A stretch of DNA of 64,000 bases from NCBI GenBank assembly GCA_964016885.1, contig OZ024740.1:48608001-48672000 (forward strand). The letters run 5' to 3'. Origin of the DNA: Eledone cirrhosa. Lineage: Eukaryota. Positions 25,424 to 40,575 of this stretch are shown here, one piece after another (the stretch's first letter is position 1; every line of letters starts with the position of its first letter). The notes under the pieces were generated by a model, which was given only the letters and a program-made list of their open reading frames with translations, was not told the origin of the DNA and searched no databases. Both the position numbers and the translations under genes were made by a program.

Positions 25424-27410
25424 GTCTAAAGTATTTCAGCCTTTTAGGTATATCTAGGACAACATTATGTAGATGTGATTTTAAGGAATTTACCTGCTAT
25501 TCTTAGTATGTCAAGCAACCATATAGATTCATTTTTGGCTCATCAGTGGGGGTTTTTTTTTTGTTTAGCCCCAGATCAGTTTTAATCAAGCAGTCCTATG
25601 AAAATAAATATTCCAAACATGACCGTCTCATCATTTTGTTATGTACAAGAAACCTAAATTTACAATCTATGTCCTTTTTCAAGATGGTAGGGCATGGAAT
25701 TTGGTTATCTGTGCCCCTTTTTAAGGTAACGGTGTGTAAAAAATATACATTCTTAAGAAAACAAATTCTGTAGTTATGCATTGTTACCTTAGTTTTTCAT
25801 CAGTTTTTTTTTTTTTAATTCTTTTTGTATAGAAATTGTTCATTAACATGATTTTATCCATTACTAAATTTATAGAAAAACGTTTAACATGGTTTTTGTT
25901 GCTAGAGACGTTTATTACCAAAGAGTTCACTATATATTAGTTAAAAGCTGATTCACTGTCTCTATTCAGTTTCTCACAAAGTGCAACAAGTGAGAAAATC
26001 TGGTGATATTTTGGTTAAAAGCTCCCTTCACTTTTGTTGCATACATTCAAATGCTTCCACTCCAGGTGCCACGCTTGTCTTTTCATCTTTTTGAATGATC
26101 ACACAAGAAGATGACAATCTTTGAGTAGCGATAGAATGAATCTTCAGTCTTTTCCAATTTTACTTCATGTATTGAGTACTCTTCTCATATTTGTAACCTA
26201 AGTACTTATTATATGTGTATGTATATACAATTGTTTCTACTTTTGGCACAAGGCCAGCAATTATCCCAGTACATTACTAATGCTTTATTTTATCGACCCC
26301 GTAAGGATGAAAGGCAAAGCTAACCTGGGCGGAATTTGAACCCAGAACGTAAAGGGCCATGACTATGCTGCAAAGCATGGTGTCTGACACTCTGCCGATA
26401 CTGCCAATGTATGTGTGTTTATCAGTGTTTCTGTATACTGCTGTAAAATACAAACAAACAAAACATTGAATTACAATTTTTTAATGCAAATCAATGAAAT
26501 AAATACTAGGTTGATATTCAATCCTTCTGCATGGTAATAAATCAATGACTTAAACAAGTAAAATAGTAAATATATAATTTATAAGTTATGTTTCACAAAA
26601 ATTTGATTGATTAGTTTTAGTTTGATTTCTCTGGTAATATATTGAATATAGTTTCAAGATAGGGATCAAGATGATGCAAGAACTGACACCAAGTTTTTTA
26701 TTGTTTCACTCTGAATTTAGTTTTAGTTTACAATTCTAGTGCTTTCCTCCTCTTACGACACATGAAGCAGACAAAAGGTAACCTAAGGAGTAGAGAAGCT
26801 CTGTTTATGTGAGGTCATTCTTGTCTGATCAGATTACTGACTGATGAGTCATCTGGCTCCAGAATCATATAATATATACCATTGGTAATTAACTGGCTTT
26901 AAAACTAAGTTCACTCATCTCTATGAACAATGTAATGGAGAGTAGTCTAAGTGTCAGTATAGTTGTTGTTAGACCTATGAATGAAGGCATTCCAGTTGTG
27001 ATCTTGCCATCTTTCTTTCTTCTATACCCTTAATCATTATCTAATGTGTCCTTCCCATAAAACTATATGGTGTGATTTGACGAAGATTTGGCTGTTATTT
27101 CTAGTAGATTGAGCAACTATGTAGAAGATTCCTATTTATGTAAAAAAAAAAAAAGTTTGTCTTATGATTTTGTCTTATTTTCTTAAATTGTTCTCAATAT
27201 TTGATATGGTCTGCAACCTTTGACATATTTTGTTCTCAAACCAATGAGGGAGTTTCTATTAGATAACTTAGTCTACAAGAAATAGCAGCCAAATATCATT
27301 CAAATCTAATCTTAAGAAAGGAAGAACACATTCAGTAATACAACTTTAGATATATGTCATGATTCAAATGTCTTTGATTATAAGCCTGCTGGATCATGGT
27401 TGATATACAA

Positions 27411-27519
27411 CAAAGGTTCTCAAAGTGGGCGCTACCGCCCCCCTCTCCCGAGGGGCATTAAGACCCCAGGCGGGTGCTGGGGCGCTAGAGATGATATAAT
27501 AATATTAAATATCAAATGA

Positions 27520-27550
<31 letters not shown>

Positions 27551-27746
27551 GTAAAATAATAACTATATAATATTTAATTATACATAATATATATTATATC
27601 ATTTATTAGATATAAATTAACGATTTTATTTATTATATTTTATTTACAATTTGTGTATAGACAGATCTCTCTGGAAATAGGGTTGGGGTGCTGAGGGTGT
27701 TACGTGGCCATGAGGGCGGGGGTGGCAAAAAGTTTGAGAACCTCTG
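27411..27746. mobile_element. hAT-type MITE (related copies at ~14870-15140 and 39459-39905)
   Basis: TIR CAGAGGTTCTCAAA...TTTGAGAACCTCTG with an AT-rich centre. The 39459 copy has a near-TSD CACTAAGC/TACTAAGT and nested RTE-tail fragments. Confidence 0.75.
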
Positions 27747-30700
27747 GTCTACAGTTTATAAATGATTTGTCATTGGCTGAAAATCTCAAATTTGGAGAGA
27801 AGAGAGAGCAAATGATTAAATAGACTGCAGTTTATGACTGATATTTTATTGACGCTGACAGACTAGAATACCAAGTTAAAATACCTTGAAGCTATCAAGC
27901 CAATTAAAGAACTTGTATGCAGTTGTTCGACTTGCTAGAAATGGCAGCCAAATCTGCTTCTAATCACATCATAACATCTTAAATAAAGATAAATTGGATT
28001 GTCTAGTCTTTCATGTACAAAAAGAATATATATATATATAACTAGGAATTGATCAACATATATATAAATAAATATAAACATGAAAAATCACAGATAATTT
28101 TTACAAGCGTGTAACCACGCATGGCTAGTAGGTAACAAATAAAGTTAACTAGAACTTCAAAAATATATACCTTTTAATGATTAATATATATATATATATA
28201 TATATATGTCTTTCATGTACAAACGACTATATATATATATATCTGTATTTGAACATAGGTCTACAGGATCATGGTTAACTGGATACCTGTATGGTGAACC
28301 ATTGCTTTATGTGTTACACAGATATAACTCCACATCCTGAAAATTAGTTTAAAACAGATGTATGTGAAGTAATTAATTTCTTTCAAGTTACCAATTAATT
28401 CATACTTATGTTTGTTAATACATTAGTCTTAAATAATAGTCAATTAGAAATTGATGGCTGGTAGGCTTAATCTGTCACTCAGTTTACCAATCTCAGAGGA
28501 TCTGAAAAGATTTATGGTTACTGTTTTTCCATTCAACAATAAAAAAAGAAAGAACTATTCTCTTTGATTTAATAACTGATACCAACTAAATGCTGTATGA
28601 AGAAATCCTAGGCTCTAGATAACATATCTTTCATTCAATGCTTAAAAGCTTGTTTCTCAGCATATTTCTAATAAAATACACTGTATTTTAATTGATTTTA
28701 AAGATAATTTGAAAGAATTTAATAAAATAGTGCACTTTTTCATTAAGCTGGTGTTTGAAGCATTTACGATGGAAGGTTTTAATTCAAATATGAATCCCTT
28801 TTTAAAGCATAGTTTTGTATGTTTGATTCAGGGGCAGTTGCAGGTGGGTTCCTATCAAAAATACAATCAGAAATCAATTTGATATAAGGGTGACGCTTAC
28901 TACGCTGAGTAAAATAAGCTAACTTGATTTAACATAAGTTAATTTAGAACTAGATAGTGGTGGAAAAACCACAAGTGTCTGGCTGATGACAGGCTGTGTG
29001 TGTGTGTGTGTGAGAGAGAGAGAAAGCTATTAAACTTATTTTTCAGATAATAATAATAGGACGGAAGTTTATGACTGGTTGTATTTTTAGGGATTCTCTC
29101 TCTTTCTCCTCCTCTCTCTCCCCTTCTCTTTCTCCTCCTCTCTCTCCCCTTCTCTTTCTCTCTCTCTAGGAAATGTGTCAAAAGTTACGAAATATGTTGT
29201 AATCTTGTCTCCTCTCCCAGCTAGCTAATTGACTACAGCAGCTGATCTAGATTTAGATTGTGTCACACAGTACATGCTAGTTAAAGTTTGGGACATACCA
29301 TTGGGATGGATAGTGTGATTCATCAAATTTTTTCAATTTCACGACTTTTATGCTGCTGATTCTATTTGAAAAGGATGTAATTAAAAATACCCTAAAGACA
29401 CTGATTGAACCTCTATCTAGTTGCTTGATCTTCTGGAAATAGCAGCCAAATCTCCTAAGTCTCTTATACACAAAATATGGGATAGCCTTTTATCATAGGT
29501 CTTCTGGATCAGGGCTGAACCACAACTCTAAATATATTGAGAATCCAGTCCTAGATAGTTTCCATTTTCACTTGGAAACATCTCACTTCATTTTACATTA
29601 CTAATCTTCATTTTACATTACTATTCTTCCTCCAAGAGTTCAATTTTTAAGAAACAGACCTGCAGTGAACTGACATTTTCCTACATATGTCTGTCTGTGT
29701 ATCCCTCTTCTATCCTCACACCCTAAACAAGTTTTTCCATCACCCCTCTACATAGGGTAGGGTAGAGGGGGGGCACATCAGGCTATCTAGCTTTGGCACC
29801 ATGAAAAAAGGTACCCAGTACACTATGTAAAAGGGTTGGCATTAAGAAGTCGTGCTAAAACAAGAGCACATGCGAGATGTGATCTCCAGATATTAAATAA
29901 TTGTTTCTACTTTTGGCACAAGGCCAGCAATTATACCAGTGCATTACTGGTACTTTATTTTATCGACCTTGTCAGGATGAAAGGCAAAGTTAACCTTGGT
30001 GGGATTTGAATTCGGACCGCAAAGGGCCGTAACTCTATGCTGCAAAGCATGGCGTCCGACCCTCTACTGATACTGCCAATCCACTGTCCTTGGATCATTA
30101 AATAATAATGATGATATATACATCCCTTGGCAGATGTTAATGCAGGATTAACTCTTTTGATACTAACCTGACCAAAACCAGCCATAATTCTATGAAACAA
30201 AGCCACCCATTTTAAAGAGTTCGTATGTAAATTAAAATCTTCCAACACAATTTTATATATGAACCATATGTTAAGTTAATGTCTTAGTAATGAAATAAAT
30301 AATTTTAGTAAATCTCTCAAAATTCTTCATTAATTAATTCAGAAAGTGTATGGTCGCAAAAAAAAAAAAGGTTAAAATAAAGGTTCTGAATTCTAATCCA
30401 GCTTTGAGGAAATCATAAGTAGGAACGATAGTGGGTGTATACGATAAGATCTAGAATGCAAGGGAATTGATGGGTATCAATTCTAGCAGCCTATATGAAT
30501 TAACATTGGATAACTTGTTTAGTCGGTATGTAATAGTAAAATATTTAAGCTATGAAAAAATGGAGAGCACTGCTGCCAAAACAAGCTGGAAAAGTCACTG
30601 CCTAATACATATTTCTTTTTTGGCTATTATTATATGATATTAAAAATAAATTCATTTTTGTTTACATATAAAACTTTAGAATTTAAGAAAGAGGAAATTA

Positions 30701-31730
30701 GTTTTTAAAACTTTCATACGTTCTCAACGATATCAGCAATATAAGAAAAACTAGTTCAAACTGGAAATCAGAAGAGCCAAGTTTATAGACTGAGAAATTA
30801 CCTGCAGATACTTCAGTAGTGATAAATTTGCTATTGGATAAATAAGGAAGAATTATCCTGCTGAATGATAATTCAAGTGCAGAGAAGGATTATAGGAACG
30901 TGATCACTATACACAGATGATAACTTTCGGTATGAAATTGCAAATAATAAAACTGAGTTTCATAAGTGCGATGTAATGTATCTAAAAGTTCCTGTTGTTA
31001 CAAGCAATATTTGTCATTCAGTATACTGTTTCACATTTTAAACTGATGCTTCTTGTTGTTTAGTCCCTGTCTTTTTTTCTTCATGTATAATGCATCGAGG
31101 ACTACATTATCCAATGTTTCCTTCATTTTATAGTCTCTGGTGTAATCTGAGAGATTTGGTTGTTGCTGTCTAGCTACTGGCTAGTCTTGATTTAGCAAAC
31201 CGATGATCAATTATGATCACATCATCTTTTTCTCCCGAGATACTGTATCTAAATTGACATTAACCAAAATATTTTTCCCTTTTAAGATTCTAGGGTGTAA
31301 TCTGGAAGATCTAGCTGCTATTCATAAAGTAGGGTTCATTTTGCTTTCATGCTGTTTCAAATTCAATCTGTCTCATTGTTCAGCACTACAGCCAAATGTC
31401 TTCTACTATATCCTTGGGTCAACTCCAACCATGTGATACAAACTGTGTGGAAGTCTGTTGGATAGACTGCACTTGTTCTTGTGTGATAGGCTTAATCCAT
31501 CATCTTGGTTTAACATCACTACCTGACTGTTGGGCTGCCTTTAGCATTGTTGGAAGCATTCTGACCAAAACTCCATATTTAAATATGCTGTTTTCTTCTA
31601 CTGTAACTCATTAGTCGTGTATTTTCCTCTTTTACTTTCCCAGTTTTGCTAGGAAGTGGGAAGGGCACTTCCCTTCCACCTCTAAGCTATAAAAAATATC
31701 CCTAAAGAATTGGAATATATAATAAATGTA

Positions 31731-32119
31731 GAAAGATGTAAATAGAATAAAACAATAGCTGTTTGTTGGAGTAACTAAAATATGTACACTAAAGTGAAAC
31801 AGTAGAAGCTGGGGAAACTACTGGTAGTTTGTGTCTGTAAATAATACATTCACAATGTAGTATATGTTAAGCTAGTGTAAATATATTTAATGCAGTAAGC
31901 ACAAAATATTTAATTAGAACTACTTATGCAGTAAGGAAAAAGCCAACAGCTGAATGACTAATAGATTTGCTGTAAAGAAGATGGGAGGTTTGGTGTTTTG
32001 AATAGTATCTTACATTGGAGATAATATAAACATTAGTTGAATGCTATCACTTTTCTTATTAATGAATTCTAAGAAACAACCCTAAGTATTTCTTGTAATA
32101 AGCATACAAAGAAATAAAC
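31731..32119 (+). repeat. Left arm of a near-perfect long inverted repeat (partner 44725-45121)
   Basis: Direct by-eye alignment: 31786-32026 differs from the reverse complement of the partner at only two positions. Confidence 0.95.
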
Positions 32120-32202
32120 GTAATAAGATAATGCACCTGAATGTATGGCTTAATCAAATTTTAAAAATTAGAAGAAAAAAACTTATTTTTAAAAGAAAAT
32201 AT

Positions 32203-35200
32203 TCATCATCATCATTTTACGTCCGCTTTTCCCTGCTTGCAAGGGTGGGACGGGTCTTATTCAGCACAGCATCTCTCCACTCGTCACGGTCCCTCATCAT
32301 CTCCACCGTGAGCTTCAATGATCTGAGGTCTGTTCTCACCACCTCCGCCCATGTTTTTCGTGGTCTACCTCTACCACGTCTTCCTTCAACTGGCATTTCC
32401 TGGCACTTCTTCACCCATCGGTCATCCTCCATGCGCATCACATGTCCATACCACCTCAGTCTCCTCTCCCGTACACTACATTCTATCCCTCTGACACAGT
32501 TTCTCTCTCAACACATTTATGCTGGGTCGTTCACGCACATTTACACTGCACATCCAACGGAGCATGCTTGCCTCATTTCTCTCCAGCCGTTGCATATCCT
32601 CTGCGGTTGCTGCCCATGTCTCACTACCATGCAGCATCGCGCTCCTCACACAGGCATCATACAACCGGCCTTTCGTACGCAGGGAGAAACCCTTCTTCAT
32701 CAACAGAGGAAGCAGCTCCCTAAACTTCTTCCAACCCGTCCTTATTCTAGATACTATGGTCTCGGAACACCCTCCTCCCATGCTAATCTGATCGCCTAGG
32801 TACCGGAAGCTATCCACCACTTCTATAGCGCCCTCTTGCATTTGAAAAATGTGTCTATCAGTGCGACTTCTACTGTCTAATTTCCTTGTACATCTACTGC
32901 ATACATATTTCTCCCTACCTGTTAGTTTGCCTGCTATCCCGCTACATCTCTTGTGTACCCAGGACCTGCATTGTGTGCATTTTATAGAATTTATGCCAGT
33001 TCCTTTTCTGCATATCGAACATGGCCATTTCCCTGACGGAATCAGGGTTTTGTCCTCTTTTCTACTCGTCAACACTTTTGTCTTAGCTAGATTCACTCTC
33101 AGTCCTCTTGCTTCCAACTGCTGTTTCCATAGCCAGAATTTATTCTCTAGCTCCTCTACTGATTCTGCCATAAGAGCCAGATCGTCAGCATAGAGAAGTT
33201 CCCATGGACAGCCAGTCTTAAACTCCTCTGTTATGGCTTGGAGGACTATAATGAACAAGAGCGGGCTGAGGACCGAACCCTGATGTACTCCTACTTGTAT
33301 CTGGAATTCCTCACTAAACTCCATTCCTACCCTGACTTTACTGAGAGTACCTCTGTACAAAGTTTGCACTGTCCTCACAAGCCATTCCTCAACACCTAGC
33401 TTCCTTAGGGACCACCAGATGACAGATCGGGGTACCCTATCAAAGGCCTTCTCTAGGTCAACAAAGGCTAAGTATAGTGGCTTATTCTTCTCTAAGAACC
33501 TCTCTTGCATTTGTCTCACCAAGAAGAAGGCATCTGTTGTACTCTTCCCAGGCACAAAACCAAACTGCATCTCATCTAGTTTGACCCTTTCTCTAATTAG
33601 TTGTGCTAAAATCCTTTCTGCCACTTTCATAACCTGATCTATCAGTTTTATACCCCTATAATTGCTCCTCTCCAAAGCATCCCCTTTACCTTTGTAGCAA
33701 TTTATGAGAATACTGCTGCACCAGTCTTTGGGTATGACACCACCATATATAGCCTGATTGATGATGCGTGCAACCAGTTTAGTGCCTACGTCCCCTGATG
33801 CCTTCAGCATCTCAGCAACTATTCCCGATGGTCCGGCCGCCTTACCATTTTTCATTTCCCTAATCGCCTCTTGGACCCTATATTCGTCAATCTCAATAGC
33901 TGGTCCCTCTGTCGGATCTACCAAGGGTAATTTTTCTCTCTCCCATTCGTTCTCCACATTCATCAGTCTCTCATAATGACATTTCCAGGCCTCCTTTTTC
34001 TGATCATTCGTGACACTAAGTACACCGGCATCATCCCGGACACATTTATCTCCAACAACATCCTGATTTGCATTGACACACTGCCTTGCAATGTGGAACA
34101 CCGCACGCCTCTGATCTTCCCATCGCAGAACATTGGCAAACCTCCTACTCTCTGCCTCCCTGCGTGCTAAGTACACCTGACGTCTAGCTTCTCTCTTAGT
34201 GGCTGTATATTCTTCCCTACTCCCACCCTTTTTCCAAGCCTTCCATGCTAGTCTTTTGTCTCTAATAGCCTTATCTACTGTGCTGTTCCACCACCAGGTC
34301 ACTCTCTGTCTGGTTGGAGCTCTGCTCCAGCCACAGGTTTCATCAGTAGCCTGCAGCAAGTTGTCACGTAAGAACTTCCAGTTATTATCTGTCATACGTC
34401 TCTAAATCGTCTTCTTTTTCGTCATATACATCTTGAAGGGCTTTCCTAAATTTGTATTTTAGTGAAGGATCTTTTACCTTCCAGACCTTTCGTCTCCACA
34501 CCTTCCTATATGTCTCATTCCATCTCTTGCTTACTGAGATATCACTAACAACTAACCTATGCTGTGGGGTACATTCTTCCCCAGGGTATGCCTTGGTATT
34601 AGACACGATCTGCCTGTCCCGCTGCCTAACTAGCAGGAAGTCAATCTGGCTTATGTGCTCACCAGATTTGTAGGTTATTAGGTGATTGGCAGGTTTTTGG
34701 AAGTTTGTGTTGCAAATAGTCAATGTACTCGCATCACAAAATTCAAGAAGTCTCACTCCTTCATTTTTTGAAACCGTAACCGTGCCCACCTTGTACCCCA
34801 GTGTAACCATCCTGGAGCTGTCCAACATGACCATTGAAGTCTCCTGCTAGCATAACGATGTCTCCGTCCTCTGTCATTGTGGTTGTTTGCAAAAGTTGCT
34901 CATAAAAGCAGTCTTTCTCATCTTTGCCTAGGCCTGCTTGGGGAGCATAGACCGAGATGATTCAGTAGTCTCCTACCTACAACTAATCTAAGCTTAATTA
35001 TTCGATTACTAACTCGAACTACCTCTATTGTCTTATTGATCCATTTCTCAGCCAGGAAAATGCCTACTCCCCCTAACCCATCATCCTTACCTACCCAGAA
35101 TAGCTTATAGCTAAGACGCTTGCCTACGACTAGTCTCGCAGAGGCACCTCTCCATCTCACCTCTTGCACGCAGCACACATCCACCTGCCTTCTCTCCAGC

Positions 35201-35480
35201 ATCTCCGCTATTTCAGCAGATCTACCTCTGAGAGTGCCAACATTAAGTGTTGCAACTCTGAGATGCGACGTCTTCATATTTTGTTGTTGTTCCTATGCTG
35301 TTTTGTTGCTGTGCTGATAAGCGTTTTGGCATTGATACACTGGTTGGATGCCCTTCCTAACACCAGCGCCACTTTACAGCATGGACTGGGTGCTTTTATT
35401 TGTGCCACCAGCACTAGAGAGGATGTCTTACTAGACTCAAGGGCCCTCTCTAACCCCTCCATTTTACAGCATGGTCATTA
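32203..35480 (-). mobile_element. Near full-length RTE-clade LINE (APE plus RT with PHD-like insertion, about four frameshifts)
   Basis: TLNVGTL/VQEVRW/GDFNGH/IDFLLV endonuclease motifs. RT motifs QFGF, FVDLEKAFD, GVHQGSVLSP, YADDL and YLG. (GAT)n tail at 32203-32214. Confidence 0.95.
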
Positions 35481-37451
35481 AAAAAAAAAAAAAAAAAAAA
35501 AAACTTATTGACACGACGCACACACAAACACTCACATTATTAAAATATTAAAATATTTCAATGATTTTTAAATCAGTATGAAAATATTCAAGTATTTGGA
35601 GGGATTTATAATATAACTAACATTCATTATTTTGCCAGATGGTGGATTGGCAGTATCGGTAGAGTCGGACACCATGCTTTGTAGCATAGTTACGCCCCTT
35701 TACGGTCTGAGTTCAAATCCCGCTGAGGTTAACTTTGCCTTTCATCCTTACTGGGTTGATAAAATAAAGTACCAGTAATGTACTGGGATAATTGCTGGCC
35801 TTGTGCCAAAAGTAGAAAAAATTATTTTGCTGATGTTTGGTATCTATAACTTAATAGTTTTTACATAAATTTATGATGGAAGGTTTTTAAATATAAACAA
35901 TTTAAAATAAAGTTTTGACATAGAACTGAGGGCAGGCCATTTGGTATCAAAAAGGTTTATATTTTCCCATATTAAAGACTAACAGACAGGCAAATGTAGA
36001 ACAAGAGATTTCCATTCTCATAAAAAGATATGTGTAATGTTTGTTCCTGTAGGTTTCACAAAGTAACATAAATAGAAGGAACACTGTTAAATAGGATGTC
36101 AAATGACTGCATATAAGCTCCTCCATTGGCTCAGTGAACTTAGACATCTTTTTGCAACTACTTTGTCTTCTTTGTGGACATTATATACAATGCTAAGAAA
36201 TTTATGAATAAATAGAGCAACACCTAGAGTAAGGAGCATCTTAATTTGACTGGTGGATTTACAGAAAACTGCTAGTTTAGTTAATTTTATTTGATAAACT
36301 ATAAAATAAGATAAGCAGCTGTTACATAAATATTGATTAGTGATTATTTTGCCAGCAATTACAAAAAATGTTATTTTTGATTTTAAAAATAATACAGAAA
36401 ACTAGGTTACTTTATCGTTCAGCTCCAACTTAGCTTTGATGCAGTAGACCTATGCTAAAAAGAGTTCTAGCAATGACCATCTAATTTTCCTTTCCAATTC
36501 TGACATAGTGTTCTTCCGCTATGATTTTAGGATGATTTGATTGCTATTTCTAGCAGATTGAGTGACCATATAGAGATTTCCTAGTTTACCTGATTGTGTA
36601 GCTTGCTCTTTATGAAAAAGTTTGGTCATATATTGAATAAGAACAAAAGAAACTTGTGGTATTTGTAATTAATTAGATAAGTGAGCACTTTTACTTAAAT
36701 TGTTTTGAAAGTGGTTATGGTGTTAGTGTTGCTGGAGGTGAGGATGAGGGGAAATTAAGTACAGTCATGTTTGGAAATGTGAGAAAAAAAATTACTGCTG
36801 GTTATGAGAATATTTGTATCTTCTGCCTCCCTTTTAAGTGTTTCTGCCGAAACATTAATAAAATAGCTCTTCACAAAGATGACATTAGTTTACATATGGT
36901 TCACAGGTCATTAGTTCACATATGTTACTATACTCTAAAGACATCTACTAAGCTGTGGGAATAAATATTGACCTGTAAGGTTACATTCAATAGACTAGAA
37001 TCCATGGCATGAGATATATATCATGACTTTTTCTAAAGAAATGTGTTACTCATGTATTTGATTAATTTTGAAAATAAGAGTGTTTAATAAAATAACATCT
37101 GGTGTTGGAAACATCTTAACAAGCATTTCTTGCATGGAATTATGGTGGAAGTTTTCATTTAAATATGAACATTTTGAAACAAACTAATTTGTGAGGTTAA
37201 CTTTGCCTTTCATCCTTACAGGGTCGATAAAATAAAGTACCAGTAATGTACTGGGATAATTGCTGGCCTTGTGCCAAAAAGTAGAAACAATTATAAAACC
37301 TGGGGTGGTCTCAATTATGTTGGCATTGATAGGTTTAAGATGGGTAGCTTGAATATACTGATCATACTAAAATAAATTGTGATTAACTAATTTTCTTTAA
37401 ATTTTTGCCTAGTTTTTAATGATGACTGATTCATTAATTTAGTTTAATTAC

Positions 37452-38419
37452 CTGGAAGGTTTGTTGCAAGGAGGCTTTATCAAATTCCAATGCTTCCTCT
37501 GCCTTTGGGACAGCAGAGCCACCTCTGACCACTACAAAAGAAAGAACTGGGAGCAGCGAACAGAATTTGTAGTTGGGACCCGGAACGTCATGTGGGAGCC
37601 ACTGGTTGATCCCAGGATTGTGCTCATGCCGCCACTGCAAATTAAGTTGGGGTTGATGAAGCAGTTTGTGAAGGCTCTCAACCAAGAATCAGCCGCTTTT
37701 AAGTACCTTCTTGAGTTCTTCTCCAAGTTATCTGAATTTTTGTTGGACCTCAGATAAAGAAGGTGTTTGAGTCTACCGAGTTCTCCAATAAGCTCAATAG
37801 GATTGAGGGAACAGCATCGAACTGTTTCAAGGCAGTTGTTAAGGGCTTCCTGGGCAACTACAGAGCTGAAAACTACCAGCAACTGGTGCAGGATCTGATA
37901 AAGGCTTTTGGCGCCATGGGATGCAGGATGCCGCTTAAACTCCATATGCTGGACGCTCACCTGGAAAAATTCAAGGACAATATGGGCGCCTACTCAGAAG
38001 AACAAGGCGAACGATTCCACCAAGATGTGAAAGAGATAGTGGAGGTACCAGGGCCACTACAATGAAAAAATGATGGGGGACTATATCTGGGGGCTAGTGC
38101 AGGAATGCGACCTGGACTACAATGGCAAATCCAGTCATTTCTGGCGTGTATAAGTTGCTTTATAAATGTTTACTTGTTTGCTTTTGATAAGCTTGTGTAA
38201 TAAAATAAATATATACTCTGTTGATTTAATTATATGAACTGATAAATTTAAAAAAAAATGTGTTTTTTCTTGAAAAATATGAAAATTTCGAAATATCAAA
38301 CTCCTGACCACAAACCCAAACTTCTGATTAAATAATAGTATTTTTTAAAAATAATAATGGATATAACAAACCAGAAAATGACACTTAGAACTGGGGAACA
38401 AAAAATATGTTACATGGTG
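37452..38419 (+). mobile_element. Chapaev3-like (CMC) DNA transposon, 3' fragment
   Basis: CFLCLWDSRA...PPLQIKLGLMKQFVKAL...LKLHMLDAHL...SEEQGERFHQD, ending TGTTACATGGTG|TAA. Confidence 0.75.
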
Positions 38420-40539
38420 TAATCAGACATGTGATGTAAGCAAAAAAATTTAAAGAAAGACATGTCATTAAAACTGTATTTCTGTTAAATTAAACAGATT
38501 TTCTGGATGTTTTTGAATTTAACAAGTAGCTAATTAATTTGCTATGTCTTGATTTTAACTACTTCGATGAATAATCTTAAACTGACTATATTCTATCTAA
38601 GAGAACTAAATCCGTTATACATACGTTTGTAGGACAATATAGAGAGGTTTGATGGTTATTTCTAAATTATTAAGGTGGTGTATTGGCAAAACCGTTTTGA
38701 GTTCAATTCCTGCTAAGGTCAACTTTGCCTTTCATCCTTTTGAGGGTGACAAAATAAAGTACCAGTCAAGTACTGGGTTTATTTTTTATTTTTATTTATT
38801 TATTTTTTTAAATTTCTTCAACTTACCTTTCCTCCAAATTGCTAGCCTTGTTCCTAAATTTTAAAAGCATTATTTTCTCCATTAATTTAGGTAGTTGATG
38901 ATAAAATTAGAATGCTAAATAAAATATTTTGTGGTTATTTAGTTACTAGATCCCTTTATAATTCTATTAAGATCAACTTAGTCTTTCATCTTTCCAAAGT
39001 CCATATAGTACCAGTTCAATGCTATGAATTCATTGCTCTCCTTACAAAATTTGTAGCTTTGTGTCAATGTTAAAAATTATTTTCTCCATCCTCCAAATGT
39101 TTTGTGGTGCACATACTGGACATAAATTCTTATAACACTAATTTTTACAGCATTGTGTACTTATTCTGTGATAGTTAATTCTTGTACAAAATTAGCTGCA
39201 AACAGCAAAAAATGTCAGCTAAATGTCTACCTATGAATGACACAGGGAAAAAGTGAAATACTTTTATCATGACGTCTGTAAACACTAGAAATTCAATAAA
39301 TTAAATGCACTAAAGAAATATGATTCAAGTGAATCAATGAGAGAGCCTCTTCATAGTTACTCAACCTACCAGAAATCTCAACCAAATCCATACAAATCAC
39401 ACATCTTACTCTTATGAAAAATAAGAATTAATCATATTCAATAATAGATGCACTAAGCCAGAGGTTCTCAAAGTGGGTGCTCCCCCCCCCTCCCACCGGG
39501 GGTGGGGTGGGGGGGTGAGAAGGTCATAGTGCACACTGGGGGCCTAAGCGGGCGGTAGAGATGATATAATAGTATATTAAATATCAAATGATATATAATA
39601 TATAAAAATATATAATTCCATGCTAGCGTGGAAAATGGACGTTAAACGAAGATGATGATGATAATTATTTATACATAGTATATATTATATTATTATATCG
39701 CCATTTTACATCCATTCTTCATGCTAGCAAGGGTTAAACGAGTTGTCCTGTTGTAGGCAATGCCAGATCAGGTGACCATGTCTTGCTCATACATACATAT
39801 TATTTACAATTTGCATATAGGCAGGTCTCTCTGGAAATCGGAGTGGGGTGCTGAGGGTGTTACATGGTCATGAGGGTAGTGGCTCCAAAAGTTTGAGAAC
39901 TTCTGTACTAAGTTCTCAAAACAAAATTGATGGGATGCTCAGGACCAGAATTCTCTTCATAATAGGCCTGCTCAATCAAGGCTTACCTGAGAGCTAAATC
40001 ACATGTTTCAGACAAAATTAGATTAACCCTTTAATGTTCAAACCAGTGAAAACCGGCCAGAATTCTCTACCTCTTTCTGTTGAAACTGGCTGTAACTGGT
40101 CACTCAAACTGATGTTAAGGTATTGTTCTCAAAATAAATACTTTCAAAATCTCATAGATTCGATATTATGTGAGATAATTATGCGAGGTAAAGCCTTTAC
40201 CATGAAAATATAATAGTATATATAGAGCAATGTGAATGCTAAAGGGTTAAAAAATAAATATAATGGTAAAAGCTTTGAATCAGATTATGAGGTAGGTTTT
40301 AATAGAGTTGATAGTATTTGTTTAAAGAATTATTAACAAATTTGTCTTTCATCCTTCTGGGGGTCAATAAAATAAAGTATCAGTTAAGTATGGAACTTCA
40401 TATAACTGACTTTTCCCTTCCTCGAAATTCCTGACCTTGTCCCGATGTTAAAAAGAATTAACTTTTGTGGTACCTTTCATTAAGCAATTTTTCAGCTAAT
40501 ATGATAGAAAATATATCAAGTTACCAAAACTTTAATGTA

Positions 40540-40575
<36 letters not shown>

